A stretch of DNA of 64,000 bases from a virus. The position numbers were made by a program, and so were the translations under genes. Below, in pieces: positions 47,285-57,728 of the stretch. The notes under the pieces are model-generated. The model saw only the letters and a program-made list of their open reading frames with translations. It searched no databases and was not told where the DNA came from. Location of the stretch: the IMG/VR virus record IMGVR_UViG_3300034683_000192, positions 135,881-199,880 of that record, one strand, 5' to 3'. Each line of letters begins with the position of its first letter. The stretch's first letter is position 1.

Positions 47285-50173
47285 CTACCAGATTCTTGAA
47301 ATGCGCAGAGAATATCTGCCAGCTGACATCGATACAAACTTGATGTAGTCTTCATCAATTTGCTCGACGCTTCCGACAGGATTCGATCCATTCACAGACA
47401 AAGAGAAGACAGTGAAGTCAATTCTCTTCGTATTGAAAGGATTGGGAATGTAGTGTGTTTTTATTCCCTGTGGCTGAGCATTGAAATGGTCGATAGGTAC
47501 GTGACAATAGTCGCCGAGGACTACTCCACTATGAATGAATCCTTCCCAGGAATTATCGTACGCTTTCACGTATTCAATCTTTCCAAGAGGGAAAAGATTT
47601 TCAGGTTCCATCGAACACGTCCGAATGTTGTAGAACGCACTTTCGAACATGGGGATGAGTTTCCACATCCCAAGTTTGGCCTGTCCCTTTGTTCCACGCA
47701 TCGTCAGGATGTACTTTACAACATTCCGGTGATACGTGGGATATTTTTTGATCCACCATGCACGATCTTTGGTACCATCACCAATAGCTGGGAGATATCC
47801 ATTGACCGTTTCAACTATGACCTGAGTTCCATCAGAATATTCGACTTTGAATTCCCACTCGTCAGGTACTGCATTTTCGGCAATGACATCATCAGAGAAA
47901 ACAATCCGATGTCCCACAAGTACCATGGAAGTAACGAACTCGTGAGTAATCGTGACTTCAGTGGCATTTTCTGACAAAAAGAAATCCATGTTCTCTTTAT
48001 ACAGATTTTCTACCGGATGAGTAGGATCTTCGGATGTCACCGAAACAGTTCCCCAGTGAACATTCGTCTTTCCACTGAATTTATCCATGAGTCCAGGAAT
48101 ACCCGATTGGATTTCACTGAACTCGGCACGAAGAGGACTGACGATGTATTCAGCATCAGTAGCTCCGTTGTACTGAATGAACAAATAGAGTGGAGTATTG
48201 ATTTCGCTTATTCCTGGATCTATTTCTGGGATAGCTTCGATATCGAGTGTACGTACACCAGCATGTGTTGCTGAGGCGATCGAGATTGGCGAGGTAGTAG
48301 CAATCTTTCCTGCAGATACATCAGAGAAAGAGAACTCTATCCTCATACCCCAATGCATGCTAGCATCGAGATGCACTTTCGAAATCACGAACGAAAATCT
48401 ACGCCCACGTATAGGGGAAGTGAGAGTATCTTTTACAAAATCTGCTGAACTGTACCATCCAGCAAAGTCCGCACCGGTCGTACGAACAACCACACCATCT
48501 ACAATGAGTATCCACTCTTCAGGTACACCACCAATAGCGGAGGTACTATCCTTAAAGAAGGTATAAGCATCAATCTCTCTTTCGGTGTGGAAGTAGTATT
48601 CGACTAGTACTTCAGGAGAGAGTATTTCATTTGCTGACAAGAATGCTGCTACGTTTGCAGTATGATCTGCTTCAGTAAGGTGTTTCTTGAAAGCGTATTG
48701 GATCGCATGTCCATCGATGGTAGGAATATTGGTAGAAGCCTGACCCTCGTAATAGTCATATTCCCCTGAAGATTGATGCACGATGTATGGGAAAATGACT
48801 GGACAGATTGGAGGAGTCAAACTACTTTCTTCCATTCCTATCGGGAGACTTCCCTGTTCGTACGCAGAAATTGTCAAAGGACTGAGAGAAGGAGTAGTCA
48901 GATTTTCAAGATCATTGAGAGCTGTCGCAATGATCGAATTGACTTCTTCTTCTGTCGTATATTCGTCGTGGGTATGAATTCTATCTGCTGCTCCGATATC
49001 TTCGGGGAGATGGGAGTGATCTTTTGCTGCGGCATTGAGAGAATTCAGCGTATGTGTATGATCGATAGGAGCCGCACTCACTTCGACCGCAGTGTGCGTA
49101 TGGCCTACTTCCGACTTATGATCGAGTTCATTCGTCAGAAGCATGAGAAGATCGTGCACTGCTTTTGATGATGCGATGGTCGTACTGCTATCAAGATTGA
49201 TCGCATCGGAAATATCTGTAGGTACATCACCAAGACCAACTTCGTCTGGTGTATGAGTATGTCCTACTTTGGATGCACCAATGAGATCGCAGTTGATTCC
49301 GTGTGGGTTTGTCGATTCAAGATGAATCTGCAGATTGTCCGAAATAGGGAAGATGAGATCAGTGATAAGCTGTTGAGTCAGCTCATTCGACTCAGCAATT
49401 GCTGTTTCAAGTTCTTGTCTGCTGATCCCCATTCCTCCACCATCAAGGAAGAGGAACTTCATGTACTCTTTAAGTCTCGGAGTAACGCGATGGAGCCAAA
49501 CTGAGGATACTCGAATGATCTCCCCAGGAAATACTCCTTCAGCTACTATCTTCAGCCCAGCGATAGTGGGATCAGTGACAGTGATTTCAAATGACGCTGT
49601 TCCATATGAATCAATCTCGGCGAGAATATCCCCACCGGTATTGTAGATCTTGAGTACCCCAGAATCAAGTCTCGGGACAATCACATGGAGAAAGTAATAT
49701 CCTGCAAAGGCAAATGCTTCTCCGGGAAGTCCAAGATAGTTCGGTTCGTTGAGATTCCTCGTTCCTGTGAAGTACGCGTGACCATCAACAATTTGCCAGT
49801 TCGCAATTTCCCATTCATCATCGTTTTCGGTAAACGATTGAGCAATGAGAGGAAGAGACAGAACTGTATTGTCGAGGAAGAAGTTGTTATTGGGATCTAT
49901 TTCATTGATTGCTCGCTCGAGATCTTGTTGGGTCTTTTTGTGTGCTGCCCCAGATACAAGTTCACTGAGCTTACCTTCTACCTCATCAGTAGAGATCAGA
50001 TCAATCTCCACTGAACCATTGAGTACCATCCGATCTATATCGGCTTTACCGGCACTGATGCCTGCGCCAGACAAGGTGGCACCCGGACGAGGAAGAAGCT
50101 GAAGAACCTTTGCTGCATTCACGGGGAACCCCCTATAGGTTTCAAAAATATCACAAAGCATAGTATTTCGCAT
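47285..50173 (-). CDS. Long tail fibre protein with HTH repeats and two discoidin-like domains
   Basis: N-terminal half paralogous to 39621 (SDAINLDSSTTIASSKAV; NPHG; five HTH/HSH motifs); C-terminus similar to 36825. Confidence 0.8.
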   Translation of the reverse strand: MRNTMLCDIFETYRGFPVNAAKVLQLLPRPGATLSGAGISAGKADIDRMVLNGSVEIDLISTDEVEGKLSELVSGAAHKKTQQDLERAINEIDPNNNFFLDNTVLSLPLIAQSFTENDDEWEIANWQIVDGHAYFTGTRNLNEPNYLGLPGEAFAFAGYYFLHVIVPRLDSGVLKIYNTGGDILAEIDSYGTASFEITVTDPTIAGLKIVAEGVFPGEIIRVSSVWLHRVTPRLKEYMKFLFLDGGGMGISRQELETAIAESNELTQQLITDLIFPISDNLQIHLESTNPHGINCDLIGASKVGHTHTPDEVGLGDVPTDISDAINLDSSTTIASSKAVHDLLMLLTNELDHKSEVGHTHTAVEVSAAPIDHTHTLNSLNAAAKDHSHLPEDIGAADRIHTHDEYTTEEEVNSIIATALNDLENLTTPSLSPLTISAYEQGSLPIGMEESSLTPPICPVIFPYIVHQSSGEYDYYEGQASTNIPTIDGHAIQYAFKKHLTEADHTANVAAFLSANEILSPEVLVEYYFHTEREIDAYTFFKDSTSAIGGVPEEWILIVDGVVVRTTGADFAGWYSSADFVKDTLTSPIRGRRFSFVISKVHLDASMHWGMRIEFSFSDVSAGKIATTSPISIASATHAGVRTLDIEAIPEIDPGISEINTPLYLFIQYNGATDAEYIVSPLRAEFSEIQSGIPGLMDKFSGKTNVHWGTVSVTSEDPTHPVENLYKENMDFFLSENATEVTITHEFVTSMVLVGHRIVFSDDVIAENAVPDEWEFKVEYSDGTQVIVETVNGYLPAIGDGTKDRAWWIKKYPTYHRNVVKYILTMRGTKGQAKLGMWKLIPMFESAFYNIRTCSMEPENLFPLGKIEYVKAYDNSWEGFIHSGVVLGDYCHVPIDHFNAQPQGIKTHYIPNPFNTKRIDFTVFSLSVNGSNPVGSVEQIDEDYIKFVSMSAGRYSLRISRIW

Positions 50174-50204
50174 GATCTACTGGCCCTTGTCAGGCCAGTA
50201 GATC
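50174..50204. terminator. Hairpin between DnaB and the fibre gene
   Basis: gatctactggcc...ggccagtagatc. Confidence 0.6.
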
Positions 50205-50213
50205 TTTGTTCAT

Positions 50214-51821
50214 CTAAAGCAAAGCACTGAATTCGAGTTCATTTCCGATTTGTTCTGTCTGACCCTGAACAGCGTAAATGTCTGTGACATACAGCTGCTC
50301 TTCTATATCCTCATCACTAACAATTCCGAACTCAGTGAATGGATATGCAAAATACTTCCAAGCTTCTGGAGTGTCATCGACGTATCGATGTTTGCCTCGC
50401 TGAACTGTCAGATACTTGGTACCAAGATGATTTGTCTCGAGATGTACAAACAATTCGAGGTCGATTTCTTGTGACGCACCAATACTGTTTCCAGCAAATC
50501 CTGCAGTAAACTTTTTAACGTGATTATTACCTGGTCCTGCAACAGCTTTCATTGCTTCTCGGTTGAGCTGATGTGCAGTTATGAACAGGATACCACGAGT
50601 CTTGGTAAATGTACAAAGTTCATTGAAAAGATCAGTGATGAGAAGGTCATCACGTTTGTTTTCTTTTGAACCAGGAGTTCCTTTCTTCATCTTGGAAGCA
50701 TAGTCGACGAGCGCAACGACGATCTCAAACCCTTGTGCTTCGTATGCTTCAACCGTATCGATGAACTTCTGTGCATCAAATTTGGTACCTTCCCATCTTT
50801 CGACAAAAAGGTTCCATCCTCTATCTGCGTAAAGGTTCTGTACCTTTGCGATAATTTCTTCTTCTGTCTTTCCTCGTGACGATTCTCGATAGATGCCTTC
50901 ATACATGGTTTTGTAAAACCACATCATGTTTTCGTTGGCTTCGTTCTCGAGACTGATGAAGAGTACTGTAGGTTTACCCTTACATCCTGTCGGAGGATCA
51001 TTAAAACAGACAATACCTCGAGCAATCGTCATGAGTAGACCAGATTTGAAGTTGTGGAGAAGTGCGTAAATACATACAGACTCTCCTCTGGCAAGTCCAC
51101 CTCTACGACCACAAGCTTTATCCAGTCCTTTAAGACCGGTCTTGAGAATACCGAAAACTTTACGTGCACGATATCGTGCAAGAGCTTGCTGAACTGATTC
51201 TGGGTCAGACATATCGACTCGTTCGACACATCCCTTTGCCAGTCTGTCTGTACCTTTGGTAATTTCAACGAGTTCCCTTGCGATATTGATGACATCATTA
51301 AGATGCTGTTCTTGAGTTTCTATATCTGTGGTTAAGTTACACGCACTAAGCTTTCCGTACATTCTCTTGACCATACGGTTAGCTTTATTCCAGAGAGTCG
51401 TATGAATGAGTTTTCTTCTGGAATCACTGAGTATGTCTAGTTTGGTTTCTTCGTTGCTATTGCTGATTGTATCGAAGACATCCTTCATCGCTTTGTAAAA
51501 GAGATCGTCTGCCTTTACGATAGGATCAGCAAAAAATCCAAGAATGAGAGTAGATTTTTCCAACTTACCTTTATCGGTATTAGGAATAGTTTTGAGCTTA
51601 TCGAGAAGAGTAACGAACTTTCTTGACAGACCATTGTCCATCGCAGTATTATTTTTCATCTCATCGGTATAGATGACGATGAGTTCATCGATGATAGCTA
51701 CATCTTCTGGTGTACCAGAATTTGCAAGAAGTGCTACTGCATCGAGAAGAATTTCTGTGGTGATCGCCGACATTGCGAGTGACTCCAGGTTAGGCATGGG
51801 AGGGCGCGACATACTATTCAA
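50214..51821 (-). CDS. dnaB: DnaB-like replicative helicase (phiKZ gp118-like)
   Basis: GGLARGE, phiKZ-type Walker A ALLHNFKS, FISLEN, LVDYAS, TAHQLNR, RGKHR. Confidence 0.9.
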   Translation of the reverse strand: MNSMSRPPMPNLESLAMSAITTEILLDAVALLANSGTPEDVAIIDELIVIYTDEMKNNTAMDNGLSRKFVTLLDKLKTIPNTDKGKLEKSTLILGFFADPIVKADDLFYKAMKDVFDTISNSNEETKLDILSDSRRKLIHTTLWNKANRMVKRMYGKLSACNLTTDIETQEQHLNDVINIARELVEITKGTDRLAKGCVERVDMSDPESVQQALARYRARKVFGILKTGLKGLDKACGRRGGLARGESVCIYALLHNFKSGLLMTIARGIVCFNDPPTGCKGKPTVLFISLENEANENMMWFYKTMYEGIYRESSRGKTEEEIIAKVQNLYADRGWNLFVERWEGTKFDAQKFIDTVEAYEAQGFEIVVALVDYASKMKKGTPGSKENKRDDLLITDLFNELCTFTKTRGILFITAHQLNREAMKAVAGPGNNHVKKFTAGFAGNSIGASQEIDLELFVHLETNHLGTKYLTVQRGKHRYVDDTPEAWKYFAYPFTEFGIVSDEDIEEQLYVTDIYAVQGQTEQIGNELEFSALL

Positions 51822-51919
51822 TCCGAGGTAGAAAAAGAAAACATCCAGTATATGCAGTCCACTAAATATATGTTATGCACTACTTTACTCATATCTTCCT
51901 TTTTCGGGAGGTCCCACGG

Positions 51920-53401
51920 ATGATTCAATTTCTTTGTGTGAACAAAATTTCCCAGGTGAATGGTCCTGGTTCTCTTCCCGGAGAAATGCACAGCATATCC
52001 GAGTTTGCGAACAGTACCAAATTCACACCACAAGATCGCATCAAAATGCTTGCATCTCAAGCATTCCTTGCGAACTACGTCAGCGGTATGTGTGAATCAC
52101 ACTGTCCGTCGATGAATGAATATCGTGAACAATTGCAAAGATTGTTCGCGACGTGCATTCCTCAAAAATGTGATAGTATGGACGCGTCTCTCTATGAGAG
52201 ATACAGATCTGTATTGTCCGATATTCTTGAAGATAAGGTGTCTGATCTGAATGGGATACGTATGCTGTTCGATGACTGCATCACGTGCAATCCTTCGGTG
52301 AATCAGCTCCCAAGGGGGTTCTATGAACCGCTTCTTCAGGTGCTCTCCAAAGGACATAAACGCAGAGGGTTCTACTCAGGAGCAATCCTCCTTGTACCCT
52401 ACCTCCAGAAGTGCTCTGGGGGTCATTCTGTCGTATTTGTCCCGAAGACATTTGCGACCTGCGATCTCGAAGCAACCTCAGACTTCTCAGTAAACCCATC
52501 ACTCGAATTCTTCCATCGACTCGATTGGACTGGTTCGAACTGGATCGGTTTTACTGGAACTCTGCAGAACTTCTTCATTGAACCAAGAATCGGGTTCGAT
52601 TCTTTTAAGTCGATGGCTGGAACTCTTCGTGCTATCACGCACAGAAGTGCGCATCCTTCGATGGTCAAATCTGGTGTGCGAAACCTGTTTGTGCGTTCAC
52701 TGAAAACGCTCGAAACACGTTATCGTATAAGAATGGACGCTTTTGAGTCACTTGGTTTTATTCTGTCCGGTTTCGGATATGAATCTACTGGGTTTCTCAC
52801 TACCGCCATTCCGTCAAACAAAGACGTGGCAGGGTTCGAGCAATATGCTGAACTCGCATTTATCAAACCTCATAAGCTGCAGGCTGCAATGGAGGCAGAC
52901 GAACAGGATAAAGACGAAGACGATCCTGAAGAGACGCAGGATGAGAGTACCGCCGATTCTGATGCAGACAAAGATCCTTTGGAGGATGATCCGGAGACAG
53001 ATCCGGATACCGAAGGTGATGATGCGGAAGATCCCGGCGATGGTACCGACGACAGTGCAGGTGATGACCTTGGTGGTGATGATCTCGGTATGGGAGATGA
53101 CGAAAGTTCAGACTCTTCTGGTTCGGGCGATGTCGCCCCTCAACTGACAGACACAGTGAAAGAACCCGAAGATCCACTGGCAATCGTATTCCGTATCGTG
53201 AATGCAGAAACCTTCTCGGACTACCTGTTCCGAAAATCGGCTAACGCTGCTCTCAGCGCTCTGATCGAGAGTCCCCCGCCGAACATGTCCAGTGAAACTG
53301 TCGCCTTCTTGAAAATGTGGTTTACGGACTGGATTGATATCGTGGATACTGATACCACGCGATCCGTCCTCCGCCAGTTTGCAGTTGAAATCGATGTATA
53401 A
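51920..53401 (+). CDS. Head protein upstream of MCP (phiKZ gp119-like) with Asp/Glu-rich tract
   Basis: ATG 51920 with GGGAGG RBS; between DnaB and MCP; long acidic low-complexity region. Confidence 0.6.
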   Translation: MIQFLCVNKISQVNGPGSLPGEMHSISEFANSTKFTPQDRIKMLASQAFLANYVSGMCESHCPSMNEYREQLQRLFATCIPQKCDSMDASLYERYRSVLSDILEDKVSDLNGIRMLFDDCITCNPSVNQLPRGFYEPLLQVLSKGHKRRGFYSGAILLVPYLQKCSGGHSVVFVPKTFATCDLEATSDFSVNPSLEFFHRLDWTGSNWIGFTGTLQNFFIEPRIGFDSFKSMAGTLRAITHRSAHPSMVKSGVRNLFVRSLKTLETRYRIRMDAFESLGFILSGFGYESTGFLTTAIPSNKDVAGFEQYAELAFIKPHKLQAAMEADEQDKDEDDPEETQDESTADSDADKDPLEDDPETDPDTEGDDAEDPGDGTDDSAGDDLGGDDLGMGDDESSDSSGSGDVAPQLTDTVKEPEDPLAIVFRIVNAETFSDYLFRKSANAALSALIESPPPNMSSETVAFLKMWFTDWIDIVDTDTTRSVLRQFAVEIDV

Positions 53402-53448
53402 GAAGTGCACTTCATTAACATCAACCTCCCTGTAGAGGAGCCTCATCG

Positions 53449-55761
53449 ATGAGTAATGCTATTCTCGCTGCGTTCGAAAAAGATCTGCGCGCATACGCCG
53501 AAAGAAACGAAGGCGAAAAGCTCGTTTACGTCGGCAAGCCCGTGTTCGACAAGAGCGTGTCTGTTTCCGACCGTACCATGGTTGGTCAGGCCTATTCGGC
53601 TGTGGTCAACTTCCTGAACAACAACAACATGTACGGGTCGGAAATGTGGACCACCACATTCTGCCCTACCACCGATGCGGCTCTGGAGAACATGAACGTC
53701 ACCAACTTCAGTGACGCCACTCTCTCCAACGACATCGTGACCCAGCTCGGCGAACTGTGCGTGAAGGCGAAGGTGCCGAATTCCCGTCGCATCGAAACCA
53801 TGCGCGCTCTGCACAAGACCCTGCATGACTACCTGAGCCGCAAGGTCGGTGTGGAACACTGGATCTCCGAAAAGGACACCAAGTTCGTCGGCATGGAAAC
53901 CATGTACCCCTCCGGTGCGCTGAACAACGTGACCTTCGGTGAATACATGCCCGGTAAGGAAGCTTTCGGTTCCTCGATGGACACCGTGCTCCCCGACGTG
54001 CGTCTCGCCATGACCATCAACCTGCTGAAGCCCCACAAGGGCGTGATGAGCCGTCTGCTCCACCGCCACACCCTGGTGGGCTCGGTCATCCAGTACGTCA
54101 TTCACGCCGACGAATTCTACGACCTCACCAAGTCGCAGAACCCCTCCGGCGACGTGCGCAACAGCTACGAACATCGTCTGCCCATCGTGTCGCTGTACCG
54201 GAATCCTGAGCCGGTGAACATGCTGCTGCAGCCGATCGTTCCCCAGAAGTCCAAGGACACCAAGGGCCAGCTCATCGAAGATGGTGTGATGGTGTTCGGC
54301 AAGACCATCAACATGATGGACCTGACTCTGGATCCCGGCAAGGTCGGCTACAATGCCCTGAACTACACCGACCTCGTGTCCGAAGGCGTGCTGCTCCAGA
54401 AGATCGTCTTCGAAATCACGAAGCCAGCTGCCGGTTCCGATCCTGCCGTGGTGGAACGCTACGTCGCGGAAGTGGACACGCAGAAGAAGGCCCGTCTCGT
54501 GATGCCCACCCAGGTCGATGACTCTGGTGAACGTGCGACCAACCTGACCATCCGCGCTCGGATGAACAAGGCCTCGAAGCTGTTCAACGACCACGCTACC
54601 GAGATCTTCGAGTCGCTGTCTGAATCCGGTACCGAACTGGTCGACGCCGTGATCACTGTGGCTCCTCAGATCAACCTGAAGACCGGTATCGCTCACGCTC
54701 TTGGTCAGATCTACCTGGAAGCCGCTACCACCGTCAAGGGTGGCACTCCTCTGCAGGCGACCAAGGACTTGGCTGCTGGCCTGACCGCTACTCTCGTCGG
54801 CTACTCGCTTGACGCGAAGTTCTCCGACGAAAACATGCGTAAGGTCAACATGGCCGTTCGCACGCAGACCTACACCGCGCATTACGAAATGCCGCAGGGT
54901 AAGGCCATCGTCGTCGACTTCTCCATGCAGCAGACCGTCGCTGAGCACATCCTGAACACCGGTCAGGAAGTCCAGGCTCTGGGTATCGACCATCGCAACA
55001 TTCAGGCCTTCCTGAAGCTGATGCGCATGGTGCATGACCAGGGTAAGCTGGAAGCCGCTGATCCCAACTACCGTGAACGCAATGGTGGCGCCACGCTGAA
55101 CACCGCCTTCGTGTCGGGTCAGCGCGTGAACCCCACTGTCATCATGGGTTCGATCGACCTGCGCAAGATCGTCAACTGGCGTTCGAGCGACATGTTCGGT
55201 GACATCCGTCAGTACATGGACTCGTACCTCCTGAAGGCGATCTCCATCCTGCACGTGAAGTCGCTGTACGTGCAGCAGCTGAACAACGGCGAAGTGCCCA
55301 CCTACAAGGTGCTCACCTCCGGTCCGATCATCGAGAACCTGTTCTCGATCCCGCACATCCACAACCACATGATGCCGAACGGCATGGACAAGGAAAAGAT
55401 CTACGCTGAGAAGACCCCCGGTGAACCGGTGGAATTCGTGCGTATTCTCGCGTCTGGCGTGCGCCTCGAGTGCATCACGACGACCTTCTCCTACATGGCC
55501 GACAAGATCATGATCATCCCGTTCCACGCGGCGGATCCTTCTTCGGAACTGTCCTTCGCGCACAACTGGGATTCCGGTCAGTTCGTGGCCAACTACACCC
55601 CGGTCGACGGCAACCAGGTCAACAAGCGCATGTACATGAACTCGCGCGAATGGGCTGTGCCGCTGTGCCCCTGCGGTCTGCTGCTGAACGTCATCGGTCT
55701 CGAGGAAGTTCTCCCCGATATCACCGGTGCATACGAACAGCCCGCACCCGTCACCCCCTAG
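53449..55761 (+). CDS. Major capsid protein (phiKZ gp120-like)
   Basis: 770 aa, extreme codon bias, GAGGAG RBS, propeptide site GKE/AFG, DnaB-gp119-MCP synteny, strong terminator. Confidence 0.88.
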   Translation: MSNAILAAFEKDLRAYAERNEGEKLVYVGKPVFDKSVSVSDRTMVGQAYSAVVNFLNNNNMYGSEMWTTTFCPTTDAALENMNVTNFSDATLSNDIVTQLGELCVKAKVPNSRRIETMRALHKTLHDYLSRKVGVEHWISEKDTKFVGMETMYPSGALNNVTFGEYMPGKEAFGSSMDTVLPDVRLAMTINLLKPHKGVMSRLLHRHTLVGSVIQYVIHADEFYDLTKSQNPSGDVRNSYEHRLPIVSLYRNPEPVNMLLQPIVPQKSKDTKGQLIEDGVMVFGKTINMMDLTLDPGKVGYNALNYTDLVSEGVLLQKIVFEITKPAAGSDPAVVERYVAEVDTQKKARLVMPTQVDDSGERATNLTIRARMNKASKLFNDHATEIFESLSESGTELVDAVITVAPQINLKTGIAHALGQIYLEAATTVKGGTPLQATKDLAAGLTATLVGYSLDAKFSDENMRKVNMAVRTQTYTAHYEMPQGKAIVVDFSMQQTVAEHILNTGQEVQALGIDHRNIQAFLKLMRMVHDQGKLEAADPNYRERNGGATLNTAFVSGQRVNPTVIMGSIDLRKIVNWRSSDMFGDIRQYMDSYLLKAISILHVKSLYVQQLNNGEVPTYKVLTSGPIIENLFSIPHIHNHMMPNGMDKEKIYAEKTPGEPVEFVRILASGVRLECITTTFSYMADKIMIIPFHAADPSSELSFAHNWDSGQFVANYTPVDGNQVNKRMYMNSREWAVPLCPCGLLLNVIGLEEVLPDITGAYEQPAPVTP

Positions 55762-55787
55762 TCCTAACAGACTAGTACGGTAAACTT

Positions 55788-55823
55788 AAGGCGGAGGGCC
55801 CTTCGGGGCCTTCCGCCTTTTTT
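55788..55823 (+). terminator. Rho-independent terminator after MCP
   Basis: aaggcggagggcc cttcg gggccttccgcc tttttt. Confidence 0.85.
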
Positions 55824-55900
55824 ACTGTATGTTTTATTTCTGATGCCAGACACTAATGGTATAGTTCCCTGTCAGACTACTGAAGAAAGGATTAAGTGAA

Positions 55901-57694
55901 ATGGGTGAACTTACCGCCAGACAATGGATTCATGGTTGTTACGTCAGAAATGATTTTGGTAACAACATGGTCGTCAAAGAGAAAGTCGTAACTATCGACG
56001 AAGATACACGAGAAATTCTGTCAGTCAAAAATAGATTGACGTTCGATGATAAAGCTCTTCTTAATCCGAAGAGAAGAATATTTGTCACAAAGCCACAATT
56101 TCGAAATCATCAGTACAAGAAAGAGACAGAAGAATTAAGTAAGGTCGACATGTACATCTGTGAAGATAAGTACTTGAAAGATGACCTTAAAAAGATTCTA
56201 GATATTCCCGAATACTCAAGAATCAATCTTCGGAAGATTTGTAATTCTCCTTATGTTTACAACGCTGACGTTAGCATGGAAGCTCTCGTCAGGATGCACT
56301 ATAACAAGGTTCGTGCACATCCCATCACACCACTGTCTTTTGGTGGGTTTGACATCGAAGCAAGTGTGCTCGGGTGTGGTAGAATTAACATCATTACTTA
56401 CATTACGAACGATACGATCTATACCACAGTTCTTCGTGACTTTATGCACAAATATGTGCAAAATGAAAATAAGTCTACTGAAGAATTTGGTGGAGACAAT
56501 TTTCTATCTAAACAAGCTAATAAGAAGAAAAAAGTCGCCACAGAAGACGACATCTACGATTGCATTGAAAAGTATCTTGGACCTATGGCAAGTCCGAATC
56601 ACATTCGGATCAATCTTCCCTACAAAGATAAGAACGGTAATCCAAAGCCAGTACAGAAAGATTACGCATTTCAGTTGCAAGTATGCGATACTGAACTTGA
56701 ATGTCTTTTCTGGATATTCGAACAAATTCATAGAGAAGAAACTGACTTTATCGGGATCTGGAACATTGACTACGATATCCCGAAAATCATCAGTCGTCTT
56801 AATTACTATGGAGTAGATCCGAAAAATCTGTTTTGTCATCCTTCAGTTCCAGATAGATGGAAGTTGGTGGATTACCGACAGGATAAGAAAAAGACTCAAC
56901 ATGTGAACGATAAGTGGCACTGGTTTTATTGTACTGCTATGTCGCAGTTCATCGACTCAATGTTACTCTATTCCAGAATCAGAAAGACCAAGAGAAAGCA
57001 GCCTACCTATCGGCTGGATGCTATCTCTAAGATCGAACTTGGTTTTGGTAAGATGACATTCGGTGACGATGAGATCAGTTGCTATGCACATGACCACCAC
57101 TATATGCAGAAATATCACTTTTGTGAGTATGTCGTTTACAACATTCAGGATGCTCTCCTGATGGTACTCATGGAAGAGAAGAACCATGATACGACTGCTA
57201 TGTGGAACCTCACCGGAGATAGTCCTCTGAGTGCTTTTTCCAAGCAGTCTGTCATGCTGCGTGATGGATACTATAAGTTCGGTCTCGAAAATGGTCGAGT
57301 CTTTGCCACTACCGGTGATGACATGACTGGACCGTACGATCATCTTCTTGGTAAAGTTGGTGGTGCTGTTCTTCGAGCGGACTTATGTTCAGATATTGGT
57401 GCGAGATGCATCAAGGAACGACCTGGATTTGAATCCATGATCTTGGTTGGTGCATCTGACCTTGACTACAAGGCGATCTATCCATCATTTAAGTCGGGAT
57501 ATGGAATATCCAAAGAAACCAAAATTGCGACTACTGTGGCAATCGAAGGTGTCGATAAAGAACTCATTGAACCTCTGTTCGGGGGGATTGCAAATCCCGA
57601 GGTAAATGCAGTTTGGATTGGACACGATTACTTTGGTTTGCCCAACTACGAAGAGATGGCTGAAATTGCTCAAAAGGAATTCTTTCATCCTTAG
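55901..57694 (+). CDS. Split family B DNA polymerase, exonuclease + motif A half (phiKZ gp82-like)
   Basis: Exo I FDIEA, Exo II WNIDYD, Exo III YNIQD, motif A DLDYKAIYPS; ORF ends about 70 aa later. Confidence 0.88.
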   Translation: MGELTARQWIHGCYVRNDFGNNMVVKEKVVTIDEDTREILSVKNRLTFDDKALLNPKRRIFVTKPQFRNHQYKKETEELSKVDMYICEDKYLKDDLKKILDIPEYSRINLRKICNSPYVYNADVSMEALVRMHYNKVRAHPITPLSFGGFDIEASVLGCGRINIITYITNDTIYTTVLRDFMHKYVQNENKSTEEFGGDNFLSKQANKKKKVATEDDIYDCIEKYLGPMASPNHIRINLPYKDKNGNPKPVQKDYAFQLQVCDTELECLFWIFEQIHREETDFIGIWNIDYDIPKIISRLNYYGVDPKNLFCHPSVPDRWKLVDYRQDKKKTQHVNDKWHWFYCTAMSQFIDSMLLYSRIRKTKRKQPTYRLDAISKIELGFGKMTFGDDEISCYAHDHHYMQKYHFCEYVVYNIQDALLMVLMEEKNHDTTAMWNLTGDSPLSAFSKQSVMLRDGYYKFGLENGRVFATTGDDMTGPYDHLLGKVGGAVLRADLCSDIGARCIKERPGFESMILVGASDLDYKAIYPSFKSGYGISKETKIATTVAIEGVDKELIEPLFGGIANPEVNAVWIGHDYFGLPNYEEMAEIAQKEFFHP

Positions 57695-57728
57695 AGACAG
57701 TCATCTTTAGTTCAAAGGTTTTACTCAC

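Noticed and set aside
53443-55563. 706-aa minus-strand ORF antisense to MCP
   Set aside because: Same-register antisense shadow of a highly biased gene; composition (V, H, Q, D-rich) typical of such artefacts
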